Source: Marine Group II euryarchaeote MED-G37 (lineage in GTDB: Archaea > Thermoplasmatota > Poseidoniia > Poseidoniales > Thalassarchaeaceae). Taken from it: a stretch of 64,000 nt of DNA. This document shows positions 9,714 to 19,502 of the stretch, piece by piece. The position numbers were made by a program, and so were the translations under genes. The notes under the pieces are model-generated. The model was not told the origin of the DNA, searched no databases, and was given only the letters and a program-made list of their open reading frames with translations. Position 1 is the first letter of the stretch, and each line of letters opens with the position of its first letter. The stretch is taken from the NCBI GenBank assembly GCA_002457555.1, contig NTJQ01000006.1, positions 4,468-68,467 on the forward strand, in the 5' to 3' direction.

Positions 9714-11111
9714 TTATCTACGGCCGCCTTTACCCTTTCTCCGGCCTTTTCGTTTTTTCCCTGTTTGTTCCCATTGGCGGCCCGAACGACTGCCCCAATC
9801 TTCCATATCTCCAGCGCCCCACGAGGATTTTTCCACCTTCTTTCGAAGAGATCTGGGTAACTCGGTTACCGACTTTACATTGAGTTTTATTCGCCCCATG
9901 TCTTTCTCTAATTGGCGTATCGCGTCCCCTCCGGGGCCCACCATAGATCCGACTGCTGAATCATCGACATAGATGTCTGCTGACGAGTCGGTTAGGAACT
10001 TGGCATGCATGACTGAAATACCGGTGAGTCGGGATGCTTCCCGCTTCAACTCCTCTGCAGCGAGTCTCCAAGCTGGACTGCCGCCTTCTCCGCTTCCACC
10101 ACTAACTGGAACGACTGCAATCTCAGAACCGAAGGCGAACATTTCATGAGTTAACTCGCCGCTTGGAAAACGCTTGATTTCGATTACTGGGCGACTGAGA
10201 TCTGATTCCATTCCAGTTGGTGCACGAACCACCATCTTTAGTTCAAGGACTTCGTTTACCTTGCCCTTCTCAATGTTGATAACAGTATCCAGAACCTGTG
10301 AAATAAGTCCCAATTCTACCTTACCCACAAGCCGTTGGATGGCTTCCAATGCACTGTTTGCATGTGTTACGCCGAGTAATCCCACCCCTGCGAGGCGCAC
10401 GTCACCGAATATCTCGAAATCTCTTGCTCGACGAACCTCGTCAAAAATTACGAAGTCTGGTCGGACGAGGAAAATCACCTCGGCTGTTTTCTCCAAATCT
10501 CCTTCCAACGGAGCGTATTGGGTCACTCTTTGAGGGACTTGCAAATCCCTAGGTGCTTCCATGGTCTTGACCATAGCCCCCACCGTTTCATCTAGATGGG
10601 CTGCTATCGCTTGAGCGAAGGTGGTCTTTCCACTTCCTGGCTTACCTACGACGAATACTCCACGATGGTGGTCAGAAAGCCGTCCAATCAATTCGTCATT
10701 CAATTCATAATCACTCAGTTTGAGATGAGCCACGGGTCTAACCACTGTGATCTCCCATGCTTCTGAGAATGGTGGCCAAGCACATGTTACCCTCAAATCA
10801 CCGATTTGCATTATTCTACAGCCTTCGCGCTCTATTTCGATAAAACAGTCCGAGCGAGCATCGTTCTGCTCAACAACCGATGCCAAATCCTCTGCAAGTG
10901 ACTCTAACATTGGCTTGTCCCATATTTCTCCCGCCACCTCTTCCAATCTCAATTGACTGATGTGGCCAGCCTTGACTCGAGGAGGACATTCTGCTTTGAG
11001 GAATATTGTTGAAGCCGTCTCATCCGACAGCAACGCCTCAAGAGATTCTGGGAGTGAAGGGTGGTCGCCGAAGGCTGCCATGGATGGGACTGTGAGCCAG
11101 CGGCCTTTCAC
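9714..11111 (-). CDS. PINA-like ATPase with KH domain, lacking the N-terminal PIN domain
   Basis: Walker A GKPGSGKTT, Walker B FDEVR, THAN motif, C-terminal KH (VGPGGDAIRQLE) and a basic tail. Confidence 0.85.
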   Translation of the reverse strand: MKGRWLTVPSMAAFGDHPSLPESLEALLSDETASTIFLKAECPPRVKAGHISQLRLEEVAGEIWDKPMLESLAEDLASVVEQNDARSDCFIEIEREGCRIMQIGDLRVTCAWPPFSEAWEITVVRPVAHLKLSDYELNDELIGRLSDHHRGVFVVGKPGSGKTTFAQAIAAHLDETVGAMVKTMEAPRDLQVPQRVTQYAPLEGDLEKTAEVIFLVRPDFVIFDEVRRARDFEIFGDVRLAGVGLLGVTHANSALEAIQRLVGKVELGLISQVLDTVINIEKGKVNEVLELKMVVRAPTGMESDLSRPVIEIKRFPSGELTHEMFAFGSEIAVVPVSGGSGEGGSPAWRLAAEELKREASRLTGISVMHAKFLTDSSADIYVDDSAVGSMVGPGGDAIRQLEKDMGRIKLNVKSVTELPRSLRKKVEKSSWGAGDMEDWGSRSGRQWEQTGKKRKGRRKGKGGRR

Positions 11112-11132
11112 CGTTGGGGGTTAGATTCCCAC

Positions 11133-11489
11133 TTAGTTGAGGACGTTTATACACCAGCGCGCGAACATGGTGGCAGAAAATGCGACCGCAAGAGCAGGCC
11201 CTTCTGGATAATCCAAATTGCTTGTATAAACGATGTACTGAGCCATTGTAACGGTGAGTATTGTGGCAACGTCTCGGATTTCTGGCACCCCCCAGCCTGA
11301 CTGTGTACGAATGTGATTACGGCCTATCCAAGTGTACCAAACCAATGCGACTAGTCCGACTATCAAGGCATGCCCAACTACCCAACCGATAGTGTCTCCA
11401 AAAGTTGCAACTATGCTATCTTGGAAGTCTCCGAAAAGCATCGAGGCGAAGTCGACCATGTTAGACGCGAGTCGCCTTATGTTCTTCAA
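11133..11489 (-). CDS. Hypothetical membrane protein
   Basis: 118-aa ORF with about 3 hydrophobic helices, between thrC and the ATPase on the same strand. Confidence 0.6.
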   Translation of the reverse strand: MKNIRRLASNMVDFASMLFGDFQDSIVATFGDTIGWVVGHALIVGLVALVWYTWIGRNHIRTQSGWGVPEIRDVATILTVTMAQYIVYTSNLDYPEGPALAVAFSATMFARWCINVLN

Positions 11490-11501
11490 TCAACGGTATG
11501 T

Positions 11502-12788
11502 TCACTGACGGATTATTCGTGTAATCTCATCTATATCTGCTGGCGCAGAGATTGGAGGGTTAGCTTGCCGGGATTCGATTTCGTCTAACTCGCCCATGTG
11601 ATAATTGACCACTATATCTGGGTCCTTCAGTAGGTTACCGGTGAGCATTCCCACAACACGCTGTTGAGGCCCGATTACCCCCTCTTCTACGAGTCTTCTA
11701 ATTCCCGCTACAGTGGCGCAGCTGGCTGGTTCTGCACCAATGCCTGCTGCGTCGACCAAGGCCTTTGCATCCATGATTTGGTCGTCGGTTACTTCTGTAA
11801 CTATTCCATCCAATGCAGTAATTCCACGCATTGATTTGCGCCAGGAAACAGGATTGCCAATTTTGATTGCGGTTGCTATTGTATCAGCCTTGACTGGTTG
11901 AATATCGGTTCCTTCTAACCAAGCGGTATAGAGAGGATTTGCTCCCGCCGCCTGAACTACTGCAATACGTGGCAATTGATCTATGATTCCTACCTCGTGA
12001 AGTTCCAACAACCCCTTGGCAATCGCTGTGTTGTTTCCGAGGTTACCGCCCGGTAGAACTATCCAATCTGGAGCCTGCCAATCAAGGTCTTGCATAATTT
12101 CCATTCCGATTGCTTTTTGCCCTTCGATCCTGAATGGATTTATTGAATTCAGGAGATATATTCCTTCGCTGTCGCATACCTCCTGAACTAAGGCCATCGC
12201 ATCGTCGAAATCGCCTTCGATTTGGATGGTCTTCGCCCCATATGCGAGGGCCTGACTTAACTTACCGAAAGCAATCTTGCCTTCGGGGATAAAAATTAAC
12301 CCGTCCATGCCTGAAATCGCTGCATAGGAAGCCATTGAAGCAGATGTATTTCCAGTTGATGCGCAAGCAACCGCGTTCATTCCGAGTAGTTTAGCAACAG
12401 TGATTCCGACCGTCATTCCTCTATCCTTGAATGAGCCGGTTGGGTTTTCTCCTTCATGCTTCAACCAGAGGTTTTCGACGCCTACTTTCCTACCCAGTAC
12501 ACTGGCATTGTAGAGGTTTGTCGAGCCTTCGCCTCGGGCCGCCGCAATCTCTTGCAATTTCTCCTCGCCCAGAGGTAGGATTAGTTCTCGGAATCGCCAA
12601 ACCCCTGAGCGGTTAAGCGGGTCTTTGGATGACAATCTCGCATCGAGAATTTCGCGGGTTAATCGACAATCAGACAAATCATGGATTACGTCTAGCGTGC
12701 CCGAACAATCGCAGCGATATCGTAACTCTAGACCTGCGTAATTCTCTCCGCAACGAACGCAAGAAAGGTGCCATGGGACCTCACCCAT
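11502..12788 (-). CDS. thrC: Threonine synthase
   Basis: PLP motif NPTGSFKDRG, ASTGNTSAS, PGGNLGN, EPAS; N-terminal CxxC...CxC. Probable start ATG 12788. Confidence 0.93.
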   Translation of the reverse strand: MGEVPWHLSCVRCGENYAGLELRYRCDCSGTLDVIHDLSDCRLTREILDARLSSKDPLNRSGVWRFRELILPLGEEKLQEIAAARGEGSTNLYNASVLGRKVGVENLWLKHEGENPTGSFKDRGMTVGITVAKLLGMNAVACASTGNTSASMASYAAISGMDGLIFIPEGKIAFGKLSQALAYGAKTIQIEGDFDDAMALVQEVCDSEGIYLLNSINPFRIEGQKAIGMEIMQDLDWQAPDWIVLPGGNLGNNTAIAKGLLELHEVGIIDQLPRIAVVQAAGANPLYTAWLEGTDIQPVKADTIATAIKIGNPVSWRKSMRGITALDGIVTEVTDDQIMDAKALVDAAGIGAEPASCATVAGIRRLVEEGVIGPQQRVVGMLTGNLLKDPDIVVNYHMGELDEIESRQANPPISAPADIDEITRIIRQ

Positions 12789-12875
12789 CGCTCCTTCGAG
12801 TCTGCCGCATTGATTTGAAACCCATCGGGACCTTATCACCGATGCAGACATAGCGAGTCAGTTCGACGCGATAAC

Positions 12876-14102
12876 GTGGGCGGAGACAAGACGAGGTTGC
12901 TTGTTGTCAAGGCAGCAATGACTGTCTATGGAGGGGCGGCCCGCGATTTACTTCGAAATTTACCCGCTATTTCAGGGCATTTTGAGGTGAAATTTCTCTG
13001 CCTTAATTTGCGTGATTCACAAAGAATTCTGATTGAATCAATGGGGATTGAAGTCCTCTGTCCTGAGGAGCAATGGGGAGCAGAAGGAGGTCTTTGGAAT
13101 GAGATTACGGCCGGTCAAGAACGCAGTGCTGCAACCGCGTGGCATAGATTCAAAGAAGCCCGAGAAGCAATCGAATGGGCTGATGCTATTCACCTAACTG
13201 GCGGTAATGGTTCGATGGAATTTCCTGCCTTAGTCCCATCAGACAAGCCGATGCATTTGCACTTTCTTGAATCAAAGCCGGGTATCCACGATGATGTCAG
13301 TCACCTGAAACCAGATGGTAGTGGTAGCTGGAGGCCTAAACTACTGCATATGCTACAAACTCGTCAACGTGCGAGAATTGAGAAGTCGTTTCGTAACTTC
13401 GAAAAAAATGACAAATGGGTTGTCAGTGCAAACTCGGCCTTTTCTGCATCCAATTTCAAGAGGATTTACGGCATTGAGGGAGGGATTTTACATCCTTCCG
13501 TTGATCTATCGGAATTCCCACGACAGCCAAGCTCTAGAGAGACTTCCAGTTTCGAAGCCTCAGGAGTGGGAGTGTTAGGCTCATACGCTGTAACCATTGG
13601 TAGAATTTCTCGATTCAAAGGATCCTATGAGGCGGTTCGGCATATTGTTGGAAGTGAGCTGAATCTAGTTGTTATTGGTGGCGGTTCTGTAGATGAAATC
13701 GAGGACTTACGAGCCTATGGGCAGAAAAATGGAGTTGCTGTTATGGTTCTTTCAGGACTATCCTCAGAAGCCATGCGCGCGATAATGCGAAACTCTGTCG
13801 CAGTCGTTGGTTTGGCTCATGGTGAGGCTTTCGGCCTGACGCCAATCGAAGCGATGGCGTTGGGAACTCCTCCTATCTTCGTTAACGAAGGAGGCTACTG
13901 TGAAACGGTTGTTGATGGCGTCAATGGGCGATTGATTGAGCGTGGTGATTACGACGCGTGGAAGATTGCGCTTGAGCAAGCCAAAGAGCAAGCCACTCGC
14001 GCTATATGGGCTGAGGCTGGCCTTGAAAGAATTGAGGAATTGGGGCTGACACCGGAACGTCATGCCCTGAGGTTAGCCGACAGACTTAGGCCTTTGATGT
14101 GA
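12876..14102 (+). CDS. GT4-family glycosyltransferase
   Basis: GRISRFKG and EAFGLTPIEAMALG (EX7E) motifs. Confidence 0.85.
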   Translation: MGGDKTRLLVVKAAMTVYGGAARDLLRNLPAISGHFEVKFLCLNLRDSQRILIESMGIEVLCPEEQWGAEGGLWNEITAGQERSAATAWHRFKEAREAIEWADAIHLTGGNGSMEFPALVPSDKPMHLHFLESKPGIHDDVSHLKPDGSGSWRPKLLHMLQTRQRARIEKSFRNFEKNDKWVVSANSAFSASNFKRIYGIEGGILHPSVDLSEFPRQPSSRETSSFEASGVGVLGSYAVTIGRISRFKGSYEAVRHIVGSELNLVVIGGGSVDEIEDLRAYGQKNGVAVMVLSGLSSEAMRAIMRNSVAVVGLAHGEAFGLTPIEAMALGTPPIFVNEGGYCETVVDGVNGRLIERGDYDAWKIALEQAKEQATRAIWAEAGLERIEELGLTPERHALRLADRLRPLM

Positions 14103-14131
14103 AATGAAATTAGATTGACGAGACTGAAAAC

Positions 14132-15394
14132 ATGACTGATTTAGGCAATTTGCTTGAGGCCCGAAATCGCCATATCAGCAAATCGTTGTCTATTGGTCAT
14201 GGCAAACCACTTCACATCGTCAAAGGAGAAATGCAGTATCTCTATTCCAGTGATGGGACTAGGTATCTTGATCTTGTAAACAATGTCTGCCATGTCGGTC
14301 ATTGTCATCCAAAAGTGGTCTCTGCTGGCCAACAACAGATGTCTGTTCTAAGCACAAATACACGCTATGTCTACGATGGCTTGACGGACTATATTTCCAG
14401 ATTATCCAACACTCTACCGGATGGACTTGATGTTGGATTCATGGTCAATTCTGGAAGTGAGGCAAACGAGCTGGCTATCCGCTTGGCTAGAGCCCATACA
14501 GGAAACCACGACATGTTGGTAGCCGATGGAGGATATCACGGCAACACCAGTATGCTCGTTCAATTAAGCCCGTACAAATTTCTCGGGCCCGGAGGTAAAG
14601 GGGTAGCAGAGCCCTGGGTGCACGTTGTCCCGGTTCCAGACGAATATCGAAGGGCGGGTGTTGATTACAATCAAGAGATGAAGGATGTAATCTCTAATGC
14701 GAGAAATGTAGCGGGATTTCTGATTGAACCAATGCTCTCATGCGCAGGTCAAATACCGCTGCCTGATGATTATCTGAAACTTGCTCAAACATACACAAAG
14801 GAGGCAGGTGGTCTGCTGATTGTAGACGAGGTGCAAGTTGGCTTTGGCAGGTTTGGAACTCATATGTGGGCCTTCGAAACTCAAGATGTTGTTCCAGATA
14901 TTGTTGTTCTTGGAAAATCGATAGGAAATGGTCACCCTATGGCGGCAGTATTTACAACATCGGAAATTGCTTCCTCTCTCGGAGAAATGGAATGGTTCAG
15001 TTCTACAGGAGGTAATCCTGTATCTTGTGCAATTGGTAATGCAGTACTAGATGTGATTGAAGATGAAGAGTTGCAAGAACAGGCAAGAGAGTATGGTGAA
15101 TATTTCTTAAATGGTCTAAGAAAACTGAAAGATACGTATCCCGTGATTGGAGATGTCAGAGGAAGGGGTTTGTTCATTGGAATCGAGTTTGTTTGCGACC
15201 GGGATACATTGGAACCGAATGCTGAGGAGGCAGGTAGAGTGGTTCGTGGGATGAGAGACCAGGGAGTATTATTGAGCACGGATGGACCGCATCATAATGT
15301 AATCAAAATCAAACCTCCAATGGTGCTGACAAGGCAAGATATCGATATGACTCTAGACCTTCTAAACGATGTATTGAGCGCAAATGGTGATTGA
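14132..15394 (+). CDS. Class III PLP enzyme, ETNPPL/PHYKPL (AGXT2L)-like phospho-lyase
   Basis: NNVCHVGHCHP, NSGSEANELA, DEVQVGFGR, GKSIGNG (PLP Lys), STDGPHHNVIKIKPPM. Confidence 0.8.
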   Translation: MTDLGNLLEARNRHISKSLSIGHGKPLHIVKGEMQYLYSSDGTRYLDLVNNVCHVGHCHPKVVSAGQQQMSVLSTNTRYVYDGLTDYISRLSNTLPDGLDVGFMVNSGSEANELAIRLARAHTGNHDMLVADGGYHGNTSMLVQLSPYKFLGPGGKGVAEPWVHVVPVPDEYRRAGVDYNQEMKDVISNARNVAGFLIEPMLSCAGQIPLPDDYLKLAQTYTKEAGGLLIVDEVQVGFGRFGTHMWAFETQDVVPDIVVLGKSIGNGHPMAAVFTTSEIASSLGEMEWFSSTGGNPVSCAIGNAVLDVIEDEELQEQAREYGEYFLNGLRKLKDTYPVIGDVRGRGLFIGIEFVCDRDTLEPNAEEAGRVVRGMRDQGVLLSTDGPHHNVIKIKPPMVLTRQDIDMTLDLLNDVLSANGD

Positions 15395-16310
15395 AGTGCG
15401 ACGTACAGAAGTGGGAGTTGATGAGGCAAATGAATTGCTCAATCAGGCAGGGCTTCCAAATCTTAACTCAATGGAAATATTACAAGGAGGGTGGGATAAT
15501 ACCAACATTCTCCTGACTTTGATCGACGCTTCCAAAGTCGTTCTAAAAGTATGGAATGCAAATACGATTGAGGAGGTAGGGCGAGTTGTTGCTAGACATT
15601 GTCACCTCGATGAACATGGCATACCTACCGCCGTACCAATCCAATTGGCGAATGGAAGCCTCATTGCTGAGAAGGATGGAATGGCCTGGACTTTACTTCC
15701 ATTCATTGAAGGTGGAATGTTGGGCACTGATGAAAATTCGCTAAAGAGCCTCGGAGAAACCATGGCGCGCCTCCACCAAATTCCTGCCGCAGATTTTTTT
15801 CCAGATGATTACAGAATGGGGTGGTCTCTATTCGAAGAAATGTTCGTTATTGCAGATGAGACAAACACTTGGTCTGATTTTCTCATCACTTTGAAGAAAG
15901 AATCCAAGAGTTTGCGGAATCAAATCCCTGAGGGTTTACCACAAGGTATCTTGCATGGAGATGTGTTTCCGGATAATGTCATTGGAGATGGTTCGGTCAC
16001 TGCTATTCTTGACTTGGAAGAGGCATTCATCGGTCCTTGCGCATTTGATCTTATGATGGCTTTCGTTGGATTTGGTTGGAACGAAGACGAGGCTCTTACC
16101 GATAGATGGAATACATTACTGGAAGGCTATGAGTCAATTCGCCCATTAACTCAAGATGAGAGGTCCGCTCTACCAGCACTGCACAGATACGCCACACTTT
16201 CGATTGCGGCTTGGAGATACTGGAAGCATGTTATGACTCAACCAGATGAGGCACTCAAGAAGCGATATTTGGAAATGGTTCATAGATTGGAGCAACAGAT
16301 TGATTTCTAG
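15384..16310 (+). CDS. APH-fold kinase (type II homoserine kinase or hydroxylysine kinase-like)
   Basis: HGDVFPDNV catalytic loop and LDLEE metal-binding motif; overlaps the upstream gene by 11 nt. Confidence 0.8.
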   Translation: MVIEVRRTEVGVDEANELLNQAGLPNLNSMEILQGGWDNTNILLTLIDASKVVLKVWNANTIEEVGRVVARHCHLDEHGIPTAVPIQLANGSLIAEKDGMAWTLLPFIEGGMLGTDENSLKSLGETMARLHQIPAADFFPDDYRMGWSLFEEMFVIADETNTWSDFLITLKKESKSLRNQIPEGLPQGILHGDVFPDNVIGDGSVTAILDLEEAFIGPCAFDLMMAFVGFGWNEDEALTDRWNTLLEGYESIRPLTQDERSALPALHRYATLSIAAWRYWKHVMTQPDEALKKRYLEMVHRLEQQIDF

Positions 16311-16330
16311 AGGTATTTTCCGTGAGATAC

Positions 16331-16447
16331 ATGACTGAGGGTGGAGGCATCAATGTTAACGGACTTGGAAGATGGGCGCTGAGAATTGCCCTATTGGGTG
16401 GTTTGGTTTTCATTTATGCCGATGACCCGTCAAGACTACTACGTTGA
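16331..16447 (+). CDS. Putative 38-aa single-TM small protein (not in the ORF track)
   Basis: MTEGGGINVNGLGRWALRIALLGGLVFIYADDPSRLLR; fills the gap between the kinase and MOSC genes. Confidence 0.4.
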   Translation: MTEGGGINVNGLGRWALRIALLGGLVFIYADDPSRLLR

Positions 16448-16461
16448 TTGGAGGGGTATGG

Positions 16462-16929
16462 ATGAGTGCTGTTGTACATTCAATCAACATCAGTACAGAG
16501 GGCGGAGTCCCAAAGTTACCCATTAACAAGGGAGAAATTCTTTTTGCTGGCGTGAAGGGGGATTTCAACCGATTCAGAACGGAGAAGAAAAATGGTATTG
16601 GCACCCGAGCCGTCACCCTGTTTTCATTAGAGCAAATTAAGAAATTAAAGAGTGAAGGGCACGCCATTGATGTTGGGACCACAGGGGAAAACATCACTAT
16701 TGAAGGCATAGATTGGCCGGTCCTAGAAGTAGGAACTCGGATGATGATTGGTGGGGCTATGATTGAGCTTAGTGAGCCTACTGCCCCCTGCAGTAAAATT
16801 GGTAAATCATTCATCGGTGGTGCATTCTATCGAATCGATCACGAGTTAGAAGTGGGTTGGTCGCGATGGTCTGCTTCGGTTATCGAAGAAGGAGAAGTAG
16901 AAGTTGGAAGTCAAGTTATACTACTCTAA
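16462..16929 (+). CDS. MOSC domain protein
   Basis: GENIT, IGGAMIE, PCSKI motifs; GGAGG SD-like sequence before ATG 16462. Confidence 0.85.
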   Translation: MSAVVHSINISTEGGVPKLPINKGEILFAGVKGDFNRFRTEKKNGIGTRAVTLFSLEQIKKLKSEGHAIDVGTTGENITIEGIDWPVLEVGTRMMIGGAMIELSEPTAPCSKIGKSFIGGAFYRIDHELEVGWSRWSASVIEEGEVEVGSQVILL

Positions 16930-16946
16930 CCATTGAGTGGTTATAG

Positions 16947-17031
16947 TGGTGCAGAGGACAGGATTTGAACCTGCGAAGCACTACGCACTGGGACCTCATC
17001 CCAGCCCCTTTGACCACTCGGGTACCTCTGC
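16947..17031 (-). tRNA. tRNA-Leu(GAG), CCA encoded
   Basis: Reverse complement folds as a cloverleaf: GCAGAGG/CCTCTGC acceptor stem, CTGGG-ATGAGGT-CCCAG anticodon arm, long variable arm, GGTTCAAATCC T-loop, ACCA end. Confidence 0.95.
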
Positions 17032-17168
17032 TTGGGGTTTGACGACCTGTCTAGCCTATTTCAGAATGACGAAGGAGAATTAATCAACTCAAATTTGGGT
17101 TTTTACGCTGGGTTAGAGTATGTATTCTGAAACATCACTTGATATTGGGAAAGGTGAAGCAGAATGAT

Positions 17169-18413
17169 ATGCGCGTCTGGACGTTCGCTAGATTCATGCG
17201 ACAGATTCTGAAGTCTGGGCCCGCTGACTTAGATTGGATTCAGTCTCAAGGATTACTCGCAGTTAAGTTGGCTCAAATATTTGCACTGCGAAGTGATTTG
17301 ATTCCTGTTGAAAAGTGTCGGCAGTTACAGCAATTGTACCAGCACGCGTCGAGCATTCCTTCCGAAGCCGTATTTCAAAATCTCGAAAAGAGAGCCCCAG
17401 AAGGTTTCTTCGATGCTTTTGACGAAATTGACGGTATTCCAATCGCAGCGGCTTCAGTGGGGCAAGTTCACCGAGCACGCCTGAAGACTGGTGAAGATGT
17501 TGTAATCAAAGTCATTAAGGCTCAGAACGAGAAATCCTTTCGCCGAGATGTAAAGCGCATGCGAAGATGGTTGCGCATATTCCTCATTTTTATGCCAAAG
17601 TTGCGAAGGGTGGGGAATCCTGTGGCGCTTCTGAATCACGTTGCAGATTACACCACCCGGGAGTTAGACCTGCGCAACGAAATCGCTGGGGCGGATGAAT
17701 TGAAGGAAATTCAGATGGATATAGACGATACTTTTCAAATGCACAGACTCCGATTCCCGAAATATTACCAAGAATTATCCAATGAGCACGTACTGGTTTC
17801 AGAATTCATCAGAGGCAATTCCTTGGAAGATGAAATAGACGCAGGGACTCTTTCTTGGTCCACTTTGTTAGATCTGTTTCGAGTTCATGGCGCCTATCTA
17901 TTCGGCATAGGCACTTTCCATGGAGACTTACATCCAGGTAACTGTATCATTGACGATGATGGAATGTTTGTGTTTATCGATAATGGGGCAATTTGTCATG
18001 CCCCGCCCCTTGTGAGCAGTTCTTTATTTCGATTCTTTGAACACCTATCGAACAGCAACTTAAACGGTGCATTCGAGGCATTGCTTGGACTATCCGAAGA
18101 TCCTCTAGATGAAAAGAAAAAAGAGGAATACATGGCGAAAATGTATGACATATATCACGACTTTGAGATGCGTTCTGTTGGAGAGCAAAGCCTTACTCAA
18201 ATCATGATGAAGACTGTTCGTTGTGCGGTTGAGGATGCGGGGGCTGTATTCGGTGAGGAGGCGTTTCCAATTATCCGAGCACTGATGTATCTGGACGGTT
18301 TAGTTATCCGAACACATCCCGATGTGAAACTCATCAGTTCGATGAGCCCCTATCTGGAAGAATTTCGCGCCTGTTTACCAATTCCAGAGCCGGCCCCGCA
18401 ATACACCAATTGA
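17169..18413 (+). CDS. ABC1/AarF/UbiB-family atypical kinase
   Basis: VKLAQ, AAASVGQVHRA, VVIKV, FHGDLHPGN, FIDNG motifs; start 17169 or 17139. Confidence 0.9.
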   Translation: MRVWTFARFMRQILKSGPADLDWIQSQGLLAVKLAQIFALRSDLIPVEKCRQLQQLYQHASSIPSEAVFQNLEKRAPEGFFDAFDEIDGIPIAAASVGQVHRARLKTGEDVVIKVIKAQNEKSFRRDVKRMRRWLRIFLIFMPKLRRVGNPVALLNHVADYTTRELDLRNEIAGADELKEIQMDIDDTFQMHRLRFPKYYQELSNEHVLVSEFIRGNSLEDEIDAGTLSWSTLLDLFRVHGAYLFGIGTFHGDLHPGNCIIDDDGMFVFIDNGAICHAPPLVSSSLFRFFEHLSNSNLNGAFEALLGLSEDPLDEKKKEEYMAKMYDIYHDFEMRSVGEQSLTQIMMKTVRCAVEDAGAVFGEEAFPIIRALMYLDGLVIRTHPDVKLISSMSPYLEEFRACLPIPEPAPQYTN

Positions 18414-18414
18414 A

Positions 18415-18428
18415 TAATTCTAGAATTA
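18415..18428. promoter_or_regulatory. 14-bp perfect palindrome upstream of crtB (possible operator)
   Basis: TAATTCTAGAATTA is its own reverse complement; AT-rich, so it could be chance. Confidence 0.25.
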
Positions 18429-18483
18429 AGGGGACAATTAAGAAAACACTTCATTAAATAAGAATCATGGAGGATGAGAATAT

Positions 18484-19500
18484 ATGATGGGAGACGTCGT
18501 GAGTAATGATACTGCTACCTTAGGGCAGTCTTACCTCGAATGCGAAAGAATCGCAAAGGAGTCTTCGTCCTCATTTTTGAGAGCATTCAAAACACTCCCC
18601 AAAGCCAAAAGAGACGGTATCAAAGCCCTCTATGCTTTTTGTAGAAGAGCCGATGATGTAGCTGACGGAGACTGGTTACCAGATTTTTCTTCGTTCACTC
18701 CTCAACAGATGGGCTCACTTCGATTGAGAGCTTTGCGGAGGTCGAAATACCTAGACGAAAAACATCGCTCCCGTGGGACTTTAGATCACGAAGGTCACAT
18801 CACTAAGCTCTGCGCTCTAATTTACTTACGAGATAACATCCAACAAGGAGTAAATGATAACTTTCCGAAAGAAAGGTTCTTCCAAGCATTTTGGGATACG
18901 ATTGAGAAGTTCAATATTCCATCTCAGCACCTACATTCCTTGCTAGACGGGATGGAAGATGATCTCTATCCTACAAACTACCAGACCTACGAAGATCTGC
19001 GAGGTTATTGCTACAACGTTGCATCCTCAGTGGGCCTTTGTTTGCTCCACCTGTATGGTTACGATGGGCAAGAGGCTGAGCACTACGCCGATGAGATGGG
19101 GATTTTTCTACAGAAGGTCAACATATTGAGAGATATTCAGTCAGATCTCGCATCGGGTAGAGTTTACTTGCCTACCGCCGAGTTACAATCCTTCGGAATA
19201 TGTACCTCTGACTTGTCCTCTCCAAGTCTTGCTTCAAACCCAAACTGGCAGGAATTCATGAAAGATTACATCCAGAGGTGCAATGCTCACAAAGAAGAAG
19301 CGGTCAAATTACTTCCAATGATTCATCCAGAATCGAGAAAAAGTCCAGCAATTATGGTCTCAGTATATTCACAACTGATCAAGCAGGCAGAGAAATTGTG
19401 TGGAAACGTTGTGTCCCAGCGCCTCAGCCTAACCGTCATGCAGAAGGCAAACGTGCTGATGTCGACTCTCGGTGTGATTACCGTCGTGCAAGAGGACTGA
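18484..19500 (+). CDS. crtB: Phytoene/squalene synthase family protein (phytoene synthase)
   Basis: YAFCRRADDVAD, GMEDD, YCYNVASSVG, NILRDIQSD, GRVYLP motifs; adjacent to crtI. Confidence 0.88.
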   Translation: MMGDVVSNDTATLGQSYLECERIAKESSSSFLRAFKTLPKAKRDGIKALYAFCRRADDVADGDWLPDFSSFTPQQMGSLRLRALRRSKYLDEKHRSRGTLDHEGHITKLCALIYLRDNIQQGVNDNFPKERFFQAFWDTIEKFNIPSQHLHSLLDGMEDDLYPTNYQTYEDLRGYCYNVASSVGLCLLHLYGYDGQEAEHYADEMGIFLQKVNILRDIQSDLASGRVYLPTAELQSFGICTSDLSSPSLASNPNWQEFMKDYIQRCNAHKEEAVKLLPMIHPESRKSPAIMVSVYSQLIKQAEKLCGNVVSQRLSLTVMQKANVLMSTLGVITVVQED

Positions 19501-19502
19501 AT

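Noticed and set aside
16947-17031. tRNA-Leu as the integration site of the carotenoid cluster
   Set aside because: The cluster lies on the tRNA 5' side. I saw no integrase and no duplicated tRNA 3' end.
19278-19502. Long N-terminal extensions in the ORF track (crtI, esterase, MMPL, CocE, SelO, redoxin)
   Set aside because: They overlap neighbouring genes or precede the signal peptide or first motif. Downstream starts fit better.
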